From positions 15,559-79,558 of the forward strand of contig JACPZX010000067.1 of the NCBI GenBank assembly GCA_016195325.1: a DNA stretch of 64,000 nt, given 5' to 3'. Below, piece after piece: positions 47,223 to 56,035 of this stretch (positions are counted from its first letter, which is position 1; each line of letters begins with the position of its first letter). Source of the DNA: Acidobacteriota bacterium. GTDB taxonomy: Bacteria; Acidobacteriota; Polarisedimenticolia; JACPZX01. Under the pieces are notes generated by a model that had not been told where the DNA came from, did not search any database, and saw nothing but the letters and a program-made list of their open reading frames with translations. The translations under genes and the position numbers were made by a program.

Positions 47223-48168
47223 GTTCCACCGCGGCGAGTATCAGCGAGGCGCCGCGCTCGACGGCCTCGGCCGCGGCCTCGGCGCCGACGCCGGCGGCGT
47301 CCGCGGCGCGCCCGCGGGCCTCCACCCGGATCATCGTCCCGCCGTCCGGATCACAGACGACCCCCGAGATCGAAAGGGCGTCGCCTCTCACCGTGGCGAA
47401 CGCGGCGACGGGAACCTGGCATCCTCCGCCGAGCCTCGCGAGGAAGGCCCGCTCCGCGAGGACGGCGGCCGCGGTGTCTGGGTCGTCGAGAGTCCCGACC
47501 GCGGTCTGGACCCACCCCTCCTCGTCCCGGGTCTCGATCGCGAGCGCCCCCTGCCCGACGGCGGGGAGGCAGATCTCGAGAGGGAGATGGGTGAACCATG
47601 GCTGCATGAGGCCGAGCCGCCGCAGTCCCGCCGCCGCGAGGACGACGGCGTCGACGTCTCCCTCCCGCATCCGGCGGAGCCGGGTGTCGACGTTGCCGCG
47701 GAGCGGAACGTACGAGAGATCGCCGCGCCGATGGCGGAGCTGCGAGACGCGGCGAGGGCTGCCGGTGCCGACCCGCGCCCCCTGCGGCAGCGCATCGAAC
47801 TCGAGGGGCTCCCGCGCGGCGAGCACGTCCCGGGGGTCCTCGCGCGGCGGCACCGCCGCGATGCGGAGCCCACCGGGGATCTCGGTCGGCAGGTCCTTCA
47901 TCGAGTGGACGGCCGCGTCGATGCGCCCGGCGGCAAGCGCCTCCTCGATCTCCTTGACGAAGATCCCCTTCCCCGCCGTCTGCGCCGACGGGGGCGCCGC
48001 CCACTCCTGCTGGCGGTCCCCGGTCGTCCTGATCAAGGTGATCTCGACCTTCAGCCCAGGATTGCGCGAGGCGATCGCGTCGCGCATCATCCCGCTCTGC
48101 CGCAGCGCGAGCGGGCTCCCGCGGCTCCCGATGACGAGCGTGCGGCCGGACGGACTCTCGCCGGCCAT
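47206..48168 (-). CDS. hemC: hydroxymethylbilane synthase (porphobilinogen deaminase)
   Basis: RTLVIGSRGSPLALRQ...HSMKDLPTE...GTGSPRR...GGGCQVPV are canonical HemC motifs, including the cofactor Cys. Confidence 0.9.
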   Translation of the reverse strand: MAGESPSGRTLVIGSRGSPLALRQSGMMRDAIASRNPGLKVEITLIRTTGDRQQEWAAPPSAQTAGKGIFVKEIEEALAAGRIDAAVHSMKDLPTEIPGGLRIAAVPPREDPRDVLAAREPLEFDALPQGARVGTGSPRRVSQLRHRRGDLSYVPLRGNVDTRLRRMREGDVDAVVLAAAGLRRLGLMQPWFTHLPLEICLPAVGQGALAIETRDEEGWVQTAVGTLDDPDTAAAVLAERAFLARLGGGCQVPVAAFATVRGDALSISGVVCDPDGGTMIRVEARGRAADAAGVGAEAAAEAVERGASLILAAVERAAGA

Positions 48169-49496
48169 CAGGCGTCGTCCTCCGGGGAGGCGTCGAGGGC
48201 CGGCGCCGGGCCGTTTCCGTTCAGCTCGGGGGCCGCCTCGCCCAGCTCGAAGAGCTGGCGCGTGATCTTCACGAGGTCGTGGCCGTCCCGGCTCTCGAGA
48301 GCGTGCTTGAGCTCGACCGTCGGGTGGTGGAGGAGCTTGTTCACGACCGACGAGACGATCTCCTCGATGGCGTGCTCCTGTCTCGGGTCGAGATCCCCGA
48401 GCTTCGCGCGGTGGCGCTTCAGCTCGGCCGACGCGATCTCGCCGAAGCGGCGCCGCAGGTCGACGATCGTCGGCTTCACCTCGAGGGAGCGCAGCCACGC
48501 GGCGTATCCCAGGACCTCCTCGTCGACCATCGCCTCCGCGATCGCCGCCTCGCGCATCCTCTCGGCGAGCCCCGTGTCCACCACGGTCTGCAGATCGTCG
48601 ATGTTGTAGAGGTAGAGGTTGTCGAGATCGTTCAACCGGGGATCGACGTCGCGCGGCACCGCGATGTCCACGACGAACAGGGGCCGGTGGCGCCTCGACT
48701 TCATGATGGCCGGGCCGTCCTCCGCGCGGAGGACGTAGTGCGGGGCCGCCGTCGACGAGATGATGATGTCGACCCTGGAGACGTACTCGAGGTACCGGTC
48801 GAAGTTGATCGCCTCCCCCTGAAACTCGCGCGCGAGCTCGACGGCCTTGTGGTACGTGCGGTTGGCGACGAAGACCCCCTTCACCCCCTGCTTCATGAGA
48901 TGCCGCGCCGCGAGCTCGCTCATCTCCCCCGCGCCCAGGATCATGATCGTCCGCCCCTCGAGCGAGCCGAAGATCTTCGCCGCGAGCTCGGCGGCGGCGT
49001 AGGCGATGGAGACGGGGTTCTTCGCGATCTGCGTCTCGGTCCTCACGCGCTTCGCGCACGAGAAGGCGCGCTGCATGAGCGACGAGAGGGCGGGGCCCAC
49101 CGTCCCGGCCTCGACCGCGACGGCGTACGCCTCCTTCACCTGCCAGAGGATCTGCGGCTCCCCGACGATCATCGAGTCGAGGCTCGACGCCACACGGAAG
49201 ACGTGCCGCGCCGCGTCGAGATCGACCATGCGGTACGCGTGGTCGTCAAGGACGCCGATCTGCCCGGGGCGCCGGGAGCCGATGAAGCTCCGGATCGCCT
49301 CCCCGGCCTCGTCGACGCCTCCCGCGCTCGCGATCACCTCGATGCGGTTGCACGTCGAGAGGATGATCGCCTCCCGCATCGACGGCATCCTCGCGAGCTC
49401 GGGGAGGGCCGCCCCCAGCTCCTGCCGCGGGAAGTGGAGGCGCTCGCGCACGTCGACGGGCGCGCTCCTGTGGTTGAGGCCGACCAGGTACAGCAT
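48168..49496 (-). CDS. hemA: glutamyl-tRNA reductase
   Basis: MLYLVGLNHRSAPVDVRE...STCNRIEV (catalytic Cys)...ILGAGEMSE is a full-length GluTR. Confidence 0.9.
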   Translation of the reverse strand: MLYLVGLNHRSAPVDVRERLHFPRQELGAALPELARMPSMREAIILSTCNRIEVIASAGGVDEAGEAIRSFIGSRRPGQIGVLDDHAYRMVDLDAARHVFRVASSLDSMIVGEPQILWQVKEAYAVAVEAGTVGPALSSLMQRAFSCAKRVRTETQIAKNPVSIAYAAAELAAKIFGSLEGRTIMILGAGEMSELAARHLMKQGVKGVFVANRTYHKAVELAREFQGEAINFDRYLEYVSRVDIIISSTAAPHYVLRAEDGPAIMKSRRHRPLFVVDIAVPRDVDPRLNDLDNLYLYNIDDLQTVVDTGLAERMREAAIAEAMVDEEVLGYAAWLRSLEVKPTIVDLRRRFGEIASAELKRHRAKLGDLDPRQEHAIEEIVSSVVNKLLHHPTVELKHALESRDGHDLVKITRQLFELGEAAPELNGNGPAPALDASPEDDA

Positions 49497-50293
49497 CACG
49501 CGCCGATCCCGATCATCCGGAGGATGATCGCGATTAAGCCGATGATGGACAGGTAGGCCGAGAGCCTGCCGCGCCACCTGCCGGCGAAGACGCGGTCGTA
49601 GATGACGACGGCGAAGAGAACCCACGCGAGGAGAGCCCACCGCTCGCGCGCGACCCACGAGAAATCCCCATGGGTGTAGCGGTTCGTGAGCGCGCCCGTG
49701 AAGACGACGAGGGTCAGGAAGGCGAAGCCCCATCCGAGCGACATGTAGCTGAGCCGATCGCACCGCTCGAGGCTCGGGAGCGCCCCGAAGAACCGCCCCG
49801 GCCTGTGGTTCTTGAGCCCCTTCTCCTGGATGAGGTAGACGATGCTCGTGCCGAACGTGAGGAAGAGGAAAGCGACGCCGAGAACCGCCGGCACGACGTG
49901 CACCGCGCGCAGCGACACCTTCCACCCCTCGGTCACGCGCGACGGCTCGTCGGGGATCAGCGTCGTGATCGCCATCAGCGCGACGACGACCGGCAGGATG
50001 ATGATGCCGAGGAACTCGATGCGGAACTTGAAGTGCGCGAGGAGGTAGACGGAGATCGCGGCGAAGGCGACGAGGAAGAGGATCTCCTTCAGCGTGAGAT
50101 CGGGAACCCCCCCCTCCTCGAGCGTCCGCGCGACGAGCCCGCCGAAGTGGAGGACGAGCCCGGGGATCGCGAGGCGCGGGAGCCACGGGACCATCTCGCG
50201 GCGGGCCGACAGGAGGACCCAGACCGAGAGGACCATCGCGACGGCGTAGAGAACGCCGGCGCCCAGGAAGAACCAGCCGCTGGCGTGGAGCAT
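49496..50293 (-). CDS. hemX: cytochrome c assembly (CcsA-like) membrane protein, HemX-type
   Basis: 265 aa with 8 TM helices. The W-rich motif GWGFAFLTLVVFTGALTNRYTHGDFSW resembles CcsA/ResC. Its position immediately upstream of hemA matches the hemAXCD arrangement. Confidence 0.65.
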   Translation of the reverse strand: MLHASGWFFLGAGVLYAVAMVLSVWVLLSARREMVPWLPRLAIPGLVLHFGGLVARTLEEGGVPDLTLKEILFLVAFAAISVYLLAHFKFRIEFLGIIILPVVVALMAITTLIPDEPSRVTEGWKVSLRAVHVVPAVLGVAFLFLTFGTSIVYLIQEKGLKNHRPGRFFGALPSLERCDRLSYMSLGWGFAFLTLVVFTGALTNRYTHGDFSWVARERWALLAWVLFAVVIYDRVFAGRWRGRLSAYLSIIGLIAIILRMIGIGA

Positions 50294-50489
50294 GTTTCCT
50301 CGCGGGTTTCGACGGTGGACGGGGTCCGGCGAAGACTATCACCGTGGACATTGCCTGTTCCATGCCACGCGGAGACGCGCCCCTTCCGGGCGGCGGCGGG
50401 CGTCGGATCGAGGCAAGCTGCGTCATCTCGCGCACCGCCGGGAGTCCTCCGCGCCTGATCCGCCGCCGCGCGTTACAATCGCCCTCCTC

Positions 50490-52334
50490 ATGAAGCGCCG
50501 CCGCCAGCCCGCCGGGAAAGTCGAGACGCCCGAGATCGTCATCGAGCCGCCGCGCGCGCGCGGCGATCTCCTGGCTCTCGCGATGGCGGTCCCCCTCGTC
50601 GTCCCCTTCCTCCAGCCGGGATGGTTCTTCGGCCACAACAACATGCACCTGATCCGGCTCTTCGAGCAGGACGTCATGATCCGGGCCGGCCAGTTCCCGG
50701 TCCGGTGGTACCCCGACGTCGCCGCCGGGTACGGATCGCCGCACCCGCAGTTCTACGCCCCGCTCTTCTACTGGGTCGCGCAGATCTTCCTCTTCGCCGG
50801 CCTCTCGCTCGCGGGCGCCCTCAAGGCGGCGGTGGCCGCGGTGGTCCTCGCCACCTCGTGGACGACCTACCGGTGGGCGCGCGCCTGGTTCGGCGAGCCG
50901 GCGGCGCTCGTCGCGGCGGCGGCGCTCGACTACGCGCCGTATCACATGCTCGATCTGTTCGTCCGGACGGCTTTCTCGGAGCTGATGGTCTTCATCTTCC
51001 TGCCGCTCACCTTTCTCATGTTCCACCGGCTCGCGGAGCGGACCACGCCCGGGCGTGTCGCGGCGGCGGCCGTCGCTCTCTCGGGGCTCTGCCTCTCGCA
51101 CACCGTCACGACGATGCTGGTCCCGCCTCTCGTCGGCGGCTGCATCGTCCTCGAGGCCTGGGCGCGGGGCTGGAATCGGCGGGTCTGGCTCGGCTCGGCG
51201 GCCGCCCTGGTCGGCGGCGTGCTCCTCGCGGCCTTCTTCCTCGTGCCGCTCGTCGCCGAGAAGGGGGCGATCGACACCGACATCTACGCCGCGGGGTACT
51301 TCGACTACCACAAGCACTTCGCCGCGCCGGGGCAGCTCATCCACTCGCCGTGGGGGTTCGGCCTCAGCCGCGAAGGGGACGACGACGGCGTGTCGTTCCG
51401 GCTCGGCGTTCTCCAGATCGCCGGCGCCGCCCTCTTCCTCTGGCGCCGCCCCTGGCGCTCCGCCTCGCGCGCGGCCCGCGCCGCGATGATCCTGGCGGGC
51501 GGGATCGCGGCCGCGGGGATCGTGATGGCCCTCCCGATCTCCTCGCCGGTGTGGGCGCTCGTCGGCCCGCTGCGCTACGCGCAGTTCCCGTGGCGGTTCC
51601 TGATGCTCTCCGCGATGGGCCTCGCCTTCCTCGGCGGCGCCGCGGTGGACGGAGCCGCGCCCCCCGAGGATTCTCCCGGTCCCGGCGCCGCGCGGCGGCG
51701 CCCCGCGAGCGCGGCCGGGACCGGCATCCCCCTCTGGGGAGCGGGAGTCTTGGCCACCGTGATCCTGGTCTCGAGCTTCGGGATGTTCGGGTTCCGCGAG
51801 CGGATCGCGCTCGATCGCATCGGCTTCGGCGGAGACCACACGGACATGCGGGAGCGCGGCGCCGCGGACGCGACCGCGTCACCGACGGTCTTCACCCGCG
51901 AGTTCGTGCGCGCGGAGACGCTCCACTGGTTCGATCATCTCCCGCCCGGCGGCTACCCCTACCCGCCAAGGGAGGATCTGAGGCGGCCGCGCGCGGAGAT
52001 CGATCGGGGGAAGGCGCGGATCGAGATGATCGAGTCGGGCCCCGTCACGTACCGGATGCGCCTCCAGGCGGACGCTCCGTCTCTCCTGCGGCTCAACGTC
52101 TACCGTTTCCCCGGATGGTCGTGGACGCTCGACGGCGCCGAGGCCGCGGCCGCGACGTTCCCCTCGAAGCGCCCCATCCTGGCGCTCGAGATCCCCGCGG
52201 GGGAGCACGAGGCGGTCGCGAACTACCGGAAGAGCGTTCCCCGCCTGATCGGCGACGTCACGAGCCTCGTCGCGCTCGCGATCGTCGCGGCGCTGGCGCT
52301 CGCGGGCGTCAGATCCCGGCGACCCAGCCCGTGA
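50490..52334 (+). CDS. large polytopic membrane protein, putative glycosyltransferase (YfhO/GT39-like), paralog 4
   Basis: About 614 aa from MKRRRQPAG with 12 or more TM segments. The periplasmic loop reads GHNNMHLIRLFEQDVMIRAGQFPVRWYPDVAAGYGSPHPQFYAPLFY. The C-terminal soluble domain ends with a TM anchor. Confidence 0.5.
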   Translation: MKRRRQPAGKVETPEIVIEPPRARGDLLALAMAVPLVVPFLQPGWFFGHNNMHLIRLFEQDVMIRAGQFPVRWYPDVAAGYGSPHPQFYAPLFYWVAQIFLFAGLSLAGALKAAVAAVVLATSWTTYRWARAWFGEPAALVAAAALDYAPYHMLDLFVRTAFSELMVFIFLPLTFLMFHRLAERTTPGRVAAAAVALSGLCLSHTVTTMLVPPLVGGCIVLEAWARGWNRRVWLGSAAALVGGVLLAAFFLVPLVAEKGAIDTDIYAAGYFDYHKHFAAPGQLIHSPWGFGLSREGDDDGVSFRLGVLQIAGAALFLWRRPWRSASRAARAAMILAGGIAAAGIVMALPISSPVWALVGPLRYAQFPWRFLMLSAMGLAFLGGAAVDGAAPPEDSPGPGAARRRPASAAGTGIPLWGAGVLATVILVSSFGMFGFRERIALDRIGFGGDHTDMRERGAADATASPTVFTREFVRAETLHWFDHLPPGGYPYPPREDLRRPRAEIDRGKARIEMIESGPVTYRMRLQADAPSLLRLNVYRFPGWSWTLDGAEAAAATFPSKRPILALEIPAGEHEAVANYRKSVPRLIGDVTSLVALAIVAALALAGVRSRRPSP

Positions 52335-54210
52335 TCTGGGTCCGCGGAAAGGCGATCTCGGCGGGCGGCCAGGTCCCGTTGTTGAGCCGCTGATCGAAGT
52401 AGATGTCGGGGGAATCCGCCCCCGCGGTGTTCTGCACCACGGCGCTCCCCGCGATCACGCTCCCGTAATGACGGCCCGTCCCCTCCGCCACGACGTTTCC
52501 CGCGTTGAAGAGCACGCCGAAGAGGCTCACCTGCCCCGTGATGGGGATCCCCTGCGCATCGCGTCCCGTGGTCGTTGCGGACGAGTACACCTCGAGATCG
52601 GGGCTCGTCGCGGTGGCCGACTGCGCCGCGAGCGCGCTCTTCACGAGCGAGCTTCCGGGAGCGCCGGCAACGACGGTCGTCGGGTAGGAGAGGTTCACGA
52701 AGGCCTCTCCTGCGTCCCACGCGCCGTTGCCGTTCGCGTCGTCGAAGGGCTCGCCGGGCGGAATCATCACCCGGTTCACCCCCACCACGTTGTTCACCCG
52801 CATCGACTCGGCGTTGACGTAGAGGAGCCCCGAGAAATTCCAGTCGACGTTCTCGATGACGATTGGCGGCGTCAGGTTCGTCTGCGGGTCGCCGGGGCCG
52901 TGGCCGTTCGGTGCCAGGCCGTCGCGCGTGTCGAAGAAGAAGAGCCCTTCCTGGTTGTGCGTCCAGTCGTACAGGCTCCTCGCCGCGCCCACCCCCCACT
53001 CGCGGAAGAGGCCGCTCGCGGCGTCGTAGGTGAAGTACCGCGCCGTCTCGTCCCCCGAGCTCGCCGCCGATTTCATCACGTCGTAACGGAACGGCGCGCA
53101 CGCGACCCCCGCCTGGCGCTGAAAGATGTTCGAGTGGTCGCTGTCGATCGGCGACGCCTGCGAGAAGGGGTACGGCTGCGCGTTCGTCGATCCCGCGCCG
53201 GAGAGATCGCCGGCGGCGGTCACCTCCAGCCACGGGTCCTCGACGGTCGTGTCGGGGTTCGCGGACCAGACGTTGAAATCGTCGCCCGGCGCGTTACCGC
53301 TGAGGCGGCGCGCCGCGCTCTTGAAGGGAAATGCGCTTGGCACTTTCAGGTCGAGGTTCGGCGCGAGCGCGACGTTCCCCGAGACGATCACCCTTCCCCA
53401 GTGGGCGTTCAGGGCTCCGGTCACGGAGAGCGGGCCGCACGACTCGAGCGGGCCGCTCGCGAGCGTCCCGGGCACTTCACCGAGGACCGCCTTGACCGTG
53501 CGCTCGCCCACCTTCAGCGACGACGCGGTCACCACCGGCACGACACCGATGAGTCCCATCCCGCGGTACTTGGCCACCGTGATCTTGATCGTGCAGACGC
53601 CGGCGCGCTTCATGACGCCCCCCACGGGGATCATCGGCGGGGCGAAGATCGCGATCTGGGAGATGCGCCCGGTGCGGCTCTGATCGGTGAAGAGCGCCTG
53701 GTTGATCTTGTCGAGGAAGTCGACGGCGCCGACCGTGTCCGCGATGAGGATGTCGGGGCCCGACTCGCTGCCGCGGAACTCGGTCGTCGCATCGCCCCGA
53801 TACGGCTTGTGGAAGATGTCCATGAACGCGGAGGGGGACCAGAGCGTCCTCCCCTGACGGTAGAAGGGCTTCGTGGCGGTGCCGTCCGCGAGGACGGGGG
53901 GGGTGTTCGGGTCGCCGTCATGGTCGAAGACGCGCTTCGTGCGATCGAAGAGGGCCGGGTTCCTGAGATCGTAGGTCCCGAGGAACTTGTGCAGGACCTG
54001 CGTGGAGATCGAGGGATTCCCCGTCACGGGCTGATCGAACCAGGCCTTCACCATCCGCACGCCGGTGTCGGCCGTGTGCACGAGCTGCTCGCTGTCCCGG
54101 CCCGACGCCGCGATCATCATCTCGGTGTCCGCCATCGAGAGAAACGCGAGCCCGAGTAACGTCAACGTCGCCGAGATGAGAACGGTGACGATGAGTGCCG
54201 ATCCTCGCAT
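52309..54210 (-). CDS. PilX_N-domain large pilus-associated protein (putative tip adhesin / minor pilin-like)
   Basis: Starts MRGSALIVTVLISATLTLLGLAFLSMADTE, the PilX N-terminal hydrophobic segment. The rest is a 600-aa G/N/D/T-rich beta-type domain. Strong SD (GGAGGAG) upstream. Confidence 0.65.
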   Translation of the reverse strand: MRGSALIVTVLISATLTLLGLAFLSMADTEMMIAASGRDSEQLVHTADTGVRMVKAWFDQPVTGNPSISTQVLHKFLGTYDLRNPALFDRTKRVFDHDGDPNTPPVLADGTATKPFYRQGRTLWSPSAFMDIFHKPYRGDATTEFRGSESGPDILIADTVGAVDFLDKINQALFTDQSRTGRISQIAIFAPPMIPVGGVMKRAGVCTIKITVAKYRGMGLIGVVPVVTASSLKVGERTVKAVLGEVPGTLASGPLESCGPLSVTGALNAHWGRVIVSGNVALAPNLDLKVPSAFPFKSAARRLSGNAPGDDFNVWSANPDTTVEDPWLEVTAAGDLSGAGSTNAQPYPFSQASPIDSDHSNIFQRQAGVACAPFRYDVMKSAASSGDETARYFTYDAASGLFREWGVGAARSLYDWTHNQEGLFFFDTRDGLAPNGHGPGDPQTNLTPPIVIENVDWNFSGLLYVNAESMRVNNVVGVNRVMIPPGEPFDDANGNGAWDAGEAFVNLSYPTTVVAGAPGSSLVKSALAAQSATATSPDLEVYSSATTTGRDAQGIPITGQVSLFGVLFNAGNVVAEGTGRHYGSVIAGSAVVQNTAGADSPDIYFDQRLNNGTWPPAEIAFPRTQITGWVAGI

Positions 54211-54358
54211 GATCTCCTCCTGACCCCGACGCATTCCGTGAGCTCCGTCCTGCGGCCCCGCGATGCCGGGCAACCCGGATTCAGCAACGGGGGTGCCACG
54301 TGGCTGACGGTCCGCCCTTGTCCCTCGCCTGCCGCGTCTGATCCCGTCCATCCGCGCG

Positions 54359-54838
54359 CTACTTTCCCGGCCCGGCCGCCTGCACCGCCGGGATACCGGC
54401 CGCTATCTCTTCCGACAACGACTGGAGCGATCCCGAACCCGCGGCCGCGCGAAGCCGGCTGATCACCGAGGACGACATCCGGCGGATCTCGCGGATCTGC
54501 ACGTCCACGCGCCGCATCTCGAGCTCGGTCGCGTACCCGAGCTCGGCGCAAAGGAAGAGATGTGTTTCCAATTCGGAGAGCGCCCCCTGCGCCAGGTAGA
54601 GCCCCCGGAGGAACTCCTTTCCCGAGGCCCTCGACTGGCCGCGCGCGATGTACGAAGGGATTGACAGCGCCGCGATCCTCATTTGCGCGTTCAGGCTGAT
54701 CCCCAGCCCCTGCGGGATCTTGTCGGCGATCTTGAAGATCGCGACGGCGAGCTCGAACGACTTCTCCCAGACGCGCAGATTGCGGTACCCCGAGGGGTCT
54801 TCCGGCGGATCGGTTTTGCCATTCATCTCCGAGCTCAT
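54359..54838 (-). CDS. four-helix-bundle protein (23S rRNA intervening-sequence protein family; Avd-like)
   Basis: 159 aa. YRNLRVWEKSFELAVAIFKIADKIPQG...LNAQMRIAALSIPSYIARGQSR matches TIGR02436/PF05635. GC content and codon use (AAA, GAA, TTT, ATA) are lower than in the flanks. Confidence 0.7.
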   Translation of the reverse strand: MSSEMNGKTDPPEDPSGYRNLRVWEKSFELAVAIFKIADKIPQGLGISLNAQMRIAALSIPSYIARGQSRASGKEFLRGLYLAQGALSELETHLFLCAELGYATELEMRRVDVQIREIRRMSSSVISRLRAAAGSGSLQSLSEEIAAGIPAVQAAGPGK

Positions 54839-54891
54839 GTCGTGCCTCCTGAGTGGGCTCTAGCCATCAGCTGCGTTTGACATATGCAATC

Positions 54892-55545
54892 TCACTGCCG
54901 CCACAAATGCTGAATCCGATCAAACGACCATACGCGAAGGCGTCCCGACCGCCCGAACACCACGACGGCCCGCAGCTCGCTCGCACGTCCCGTCAGATAG
55001 ATCGCCCCGGAGCTCGACTCCCCTGTCGGCGAGAACGAGACGATGTCGCTCCCGCCAAACTGCACCGGATCGTCCCCCGCTTGGAGCACGCCGTGGCTCG
55101 GCGGCACCTTCGGGATCGCTCCCGGGCCCGGGATCGCGAGCCTCACGTCGTCGTTGCCGGCGCGCAGATCGATCGGGCCACGAAGGAGCGCGTCGACTCC
55201 CGACGCGATCTCCGCCGACCTGATCCCCGTCTGGCCGCCGTCGAGGTACACCGCGAAGCGATCGCCCGCCGGCGCGGTCTCGAAGGCGACGCCGACGTAC
55301 CGATGCCGCGCGATCGCCTCCTGGCGCGCCCGCGCCAGCTCGCCCGAGATCGTCGCGGCGGCCGCGTCGACCGACCTCTTGCCGACGAACCCCGAGAGCG
55401 AAGGGATCGCGATCGCGACGAGAAGGGCCGCGATGGCGAGAGCCACGATCGTCTCGACGAGCGTGGCTCCCGCGCCCCGGCGGCTACTTCTTCTGCGGCT
55501 TCGCGGCCGTGAGATATTCGCGAAGGTGCGAGAGTGACTTCTCAC
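54892..55545 (-). CDS. type IV pilin-like pseudopilin (GspH/FimT family)
   Basis: Prepilin N-terminal segment RRGAG|ATLVETIVALAIAALLVAIAIP with Glu at +5. The C-terminus is a GspH-like beta domain. The GTG start gives an unusually long 26-aa leader that overlaps comEA by 62 nt, so the start is uncertain. Confidence 0.55.
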   Translation of the reverse strand: MRSHSRTFANISRPRSRRRSSRRGAGATLVETIVALAIAALLVAIAIPSLSGFVGKRSVDAAAATISGELARARQEAIARHRYVGVAFETAPAGDRFAVYLDGGQTGIRSAEIASGVDALLRGPIDLRAGNDDVRLAIPGPGAIPKVPPSHGVLQAGDDPVQFGGSDIVSFSPTGESSSGAIYLTGRASELRAVVVFGRSGRLRVWSFDRIQHLWRQ

Positions 55546-55822
55546 CGATCCCCTGCACTTTGAGCAGATCGTCCACGGTCGCGTAGGGCCCGTTCTTGTC
55601 CCTGAACTCGACGATGCGCTTCGAGAGGGAGGGGCCGATTCCCGGGACCTTCTCGAGGTCGGGGGCCGACGCCGAGTTGACGTCGACCGGATCGACCTTG
55701 TCCTTCACCGCCGCTCCGGCCGGTGCCGAGCTCGCGGCCGATGCGAGGCTTCCCGGCGCGCCGAGGACGACGACGCCGATTGCGAGCGCCGCGGCGCTCC
55801 GGATCCACAGACTTCTCACCAT
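55484..55822 (-). CDS. comEA: ComEA-like helix-hairpin-helix DNA-binding competence protein
   Basis: 112 aa with a signal/TM segment. DVNSASAPDLEKVPGIGPSLSKRIVEFRDKNGPYATVDDLLKVQGIGEKSL is a tandem HhH. Confidence 0.8.
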   Translation of the reverse strand: MVRSLWIRSAAALAIGVVVLGAPGSLASAASSAPAGAAVKDKVDPVDVNSASAPDLEKVPGIGPSLSKRIVEFRDKNGPYATVDDLLKVQGIGEKSLSHLREYLTAAKPQKK

Positions 55823-55932
55823 GACGTGCTCCTCCGGGCGGAGGCGTCGCGCCTCCGCGGATAATGCGCGGGCCGGGCCTCCGCGACGGATGTCGGGAGG
55901 GGACCCGCGCCGACTAAGAGAGGGAAAGAGGT

Positions 55933-55954
55933 GGGGGGGCCTTTCGGCCCCCCC
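55933..55954 (-). terminator. GC-rich hairpin (8-bp stem, TTTC loop) followed on minus strand by T-rich tract; candidate intrinsic terminator
   Basis: The hairpin is gggggggcc-tttc-ggccccccc. On the minus strand it is followed by ACCTCTTTCCCTCTCTT. It lies about 80 nt downstream of the minus-strand ORF ending at 56036. Confidence 0.35.
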
Positions 55955-56035
55955 GGGGGGGTGCATCGAGGGAGGACCATGAGGAGAGCTGGCCTTGGGA
56001 GGGCATCCCTTGATCACCCGATACGGTCGCGCGCC

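Noticed and set aside
54840-54910. Plus-strand TTGACA hexamer at 54877-54882 as a promoter
   Set aside because: No acceptable -10 follows at 16-19 nt, and there is no plus-strand gene downstream. It is more likely chance occurrence in the AT-richer leader of the minus-strand four-helix-bundle gene.
54853-55512. 219-aa plus-strand ORF overlapping the pseudopilin gene
   Set aside because: It is antisense to a gene with a clear prepilin N-terminal domain, and its translation is R/D-rich noise.
52309-55545. Diversity-generating retroelement (target - avd - TR - RT) around the Avd-like four-helix-bundle gene
   Set aside because: No reverse-transcriptase-like ORF (no YxDD motif) is present anywhere in the window. 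No TR/VR repeat pair could be discerned by eye. The family also contains many non-DGR members.
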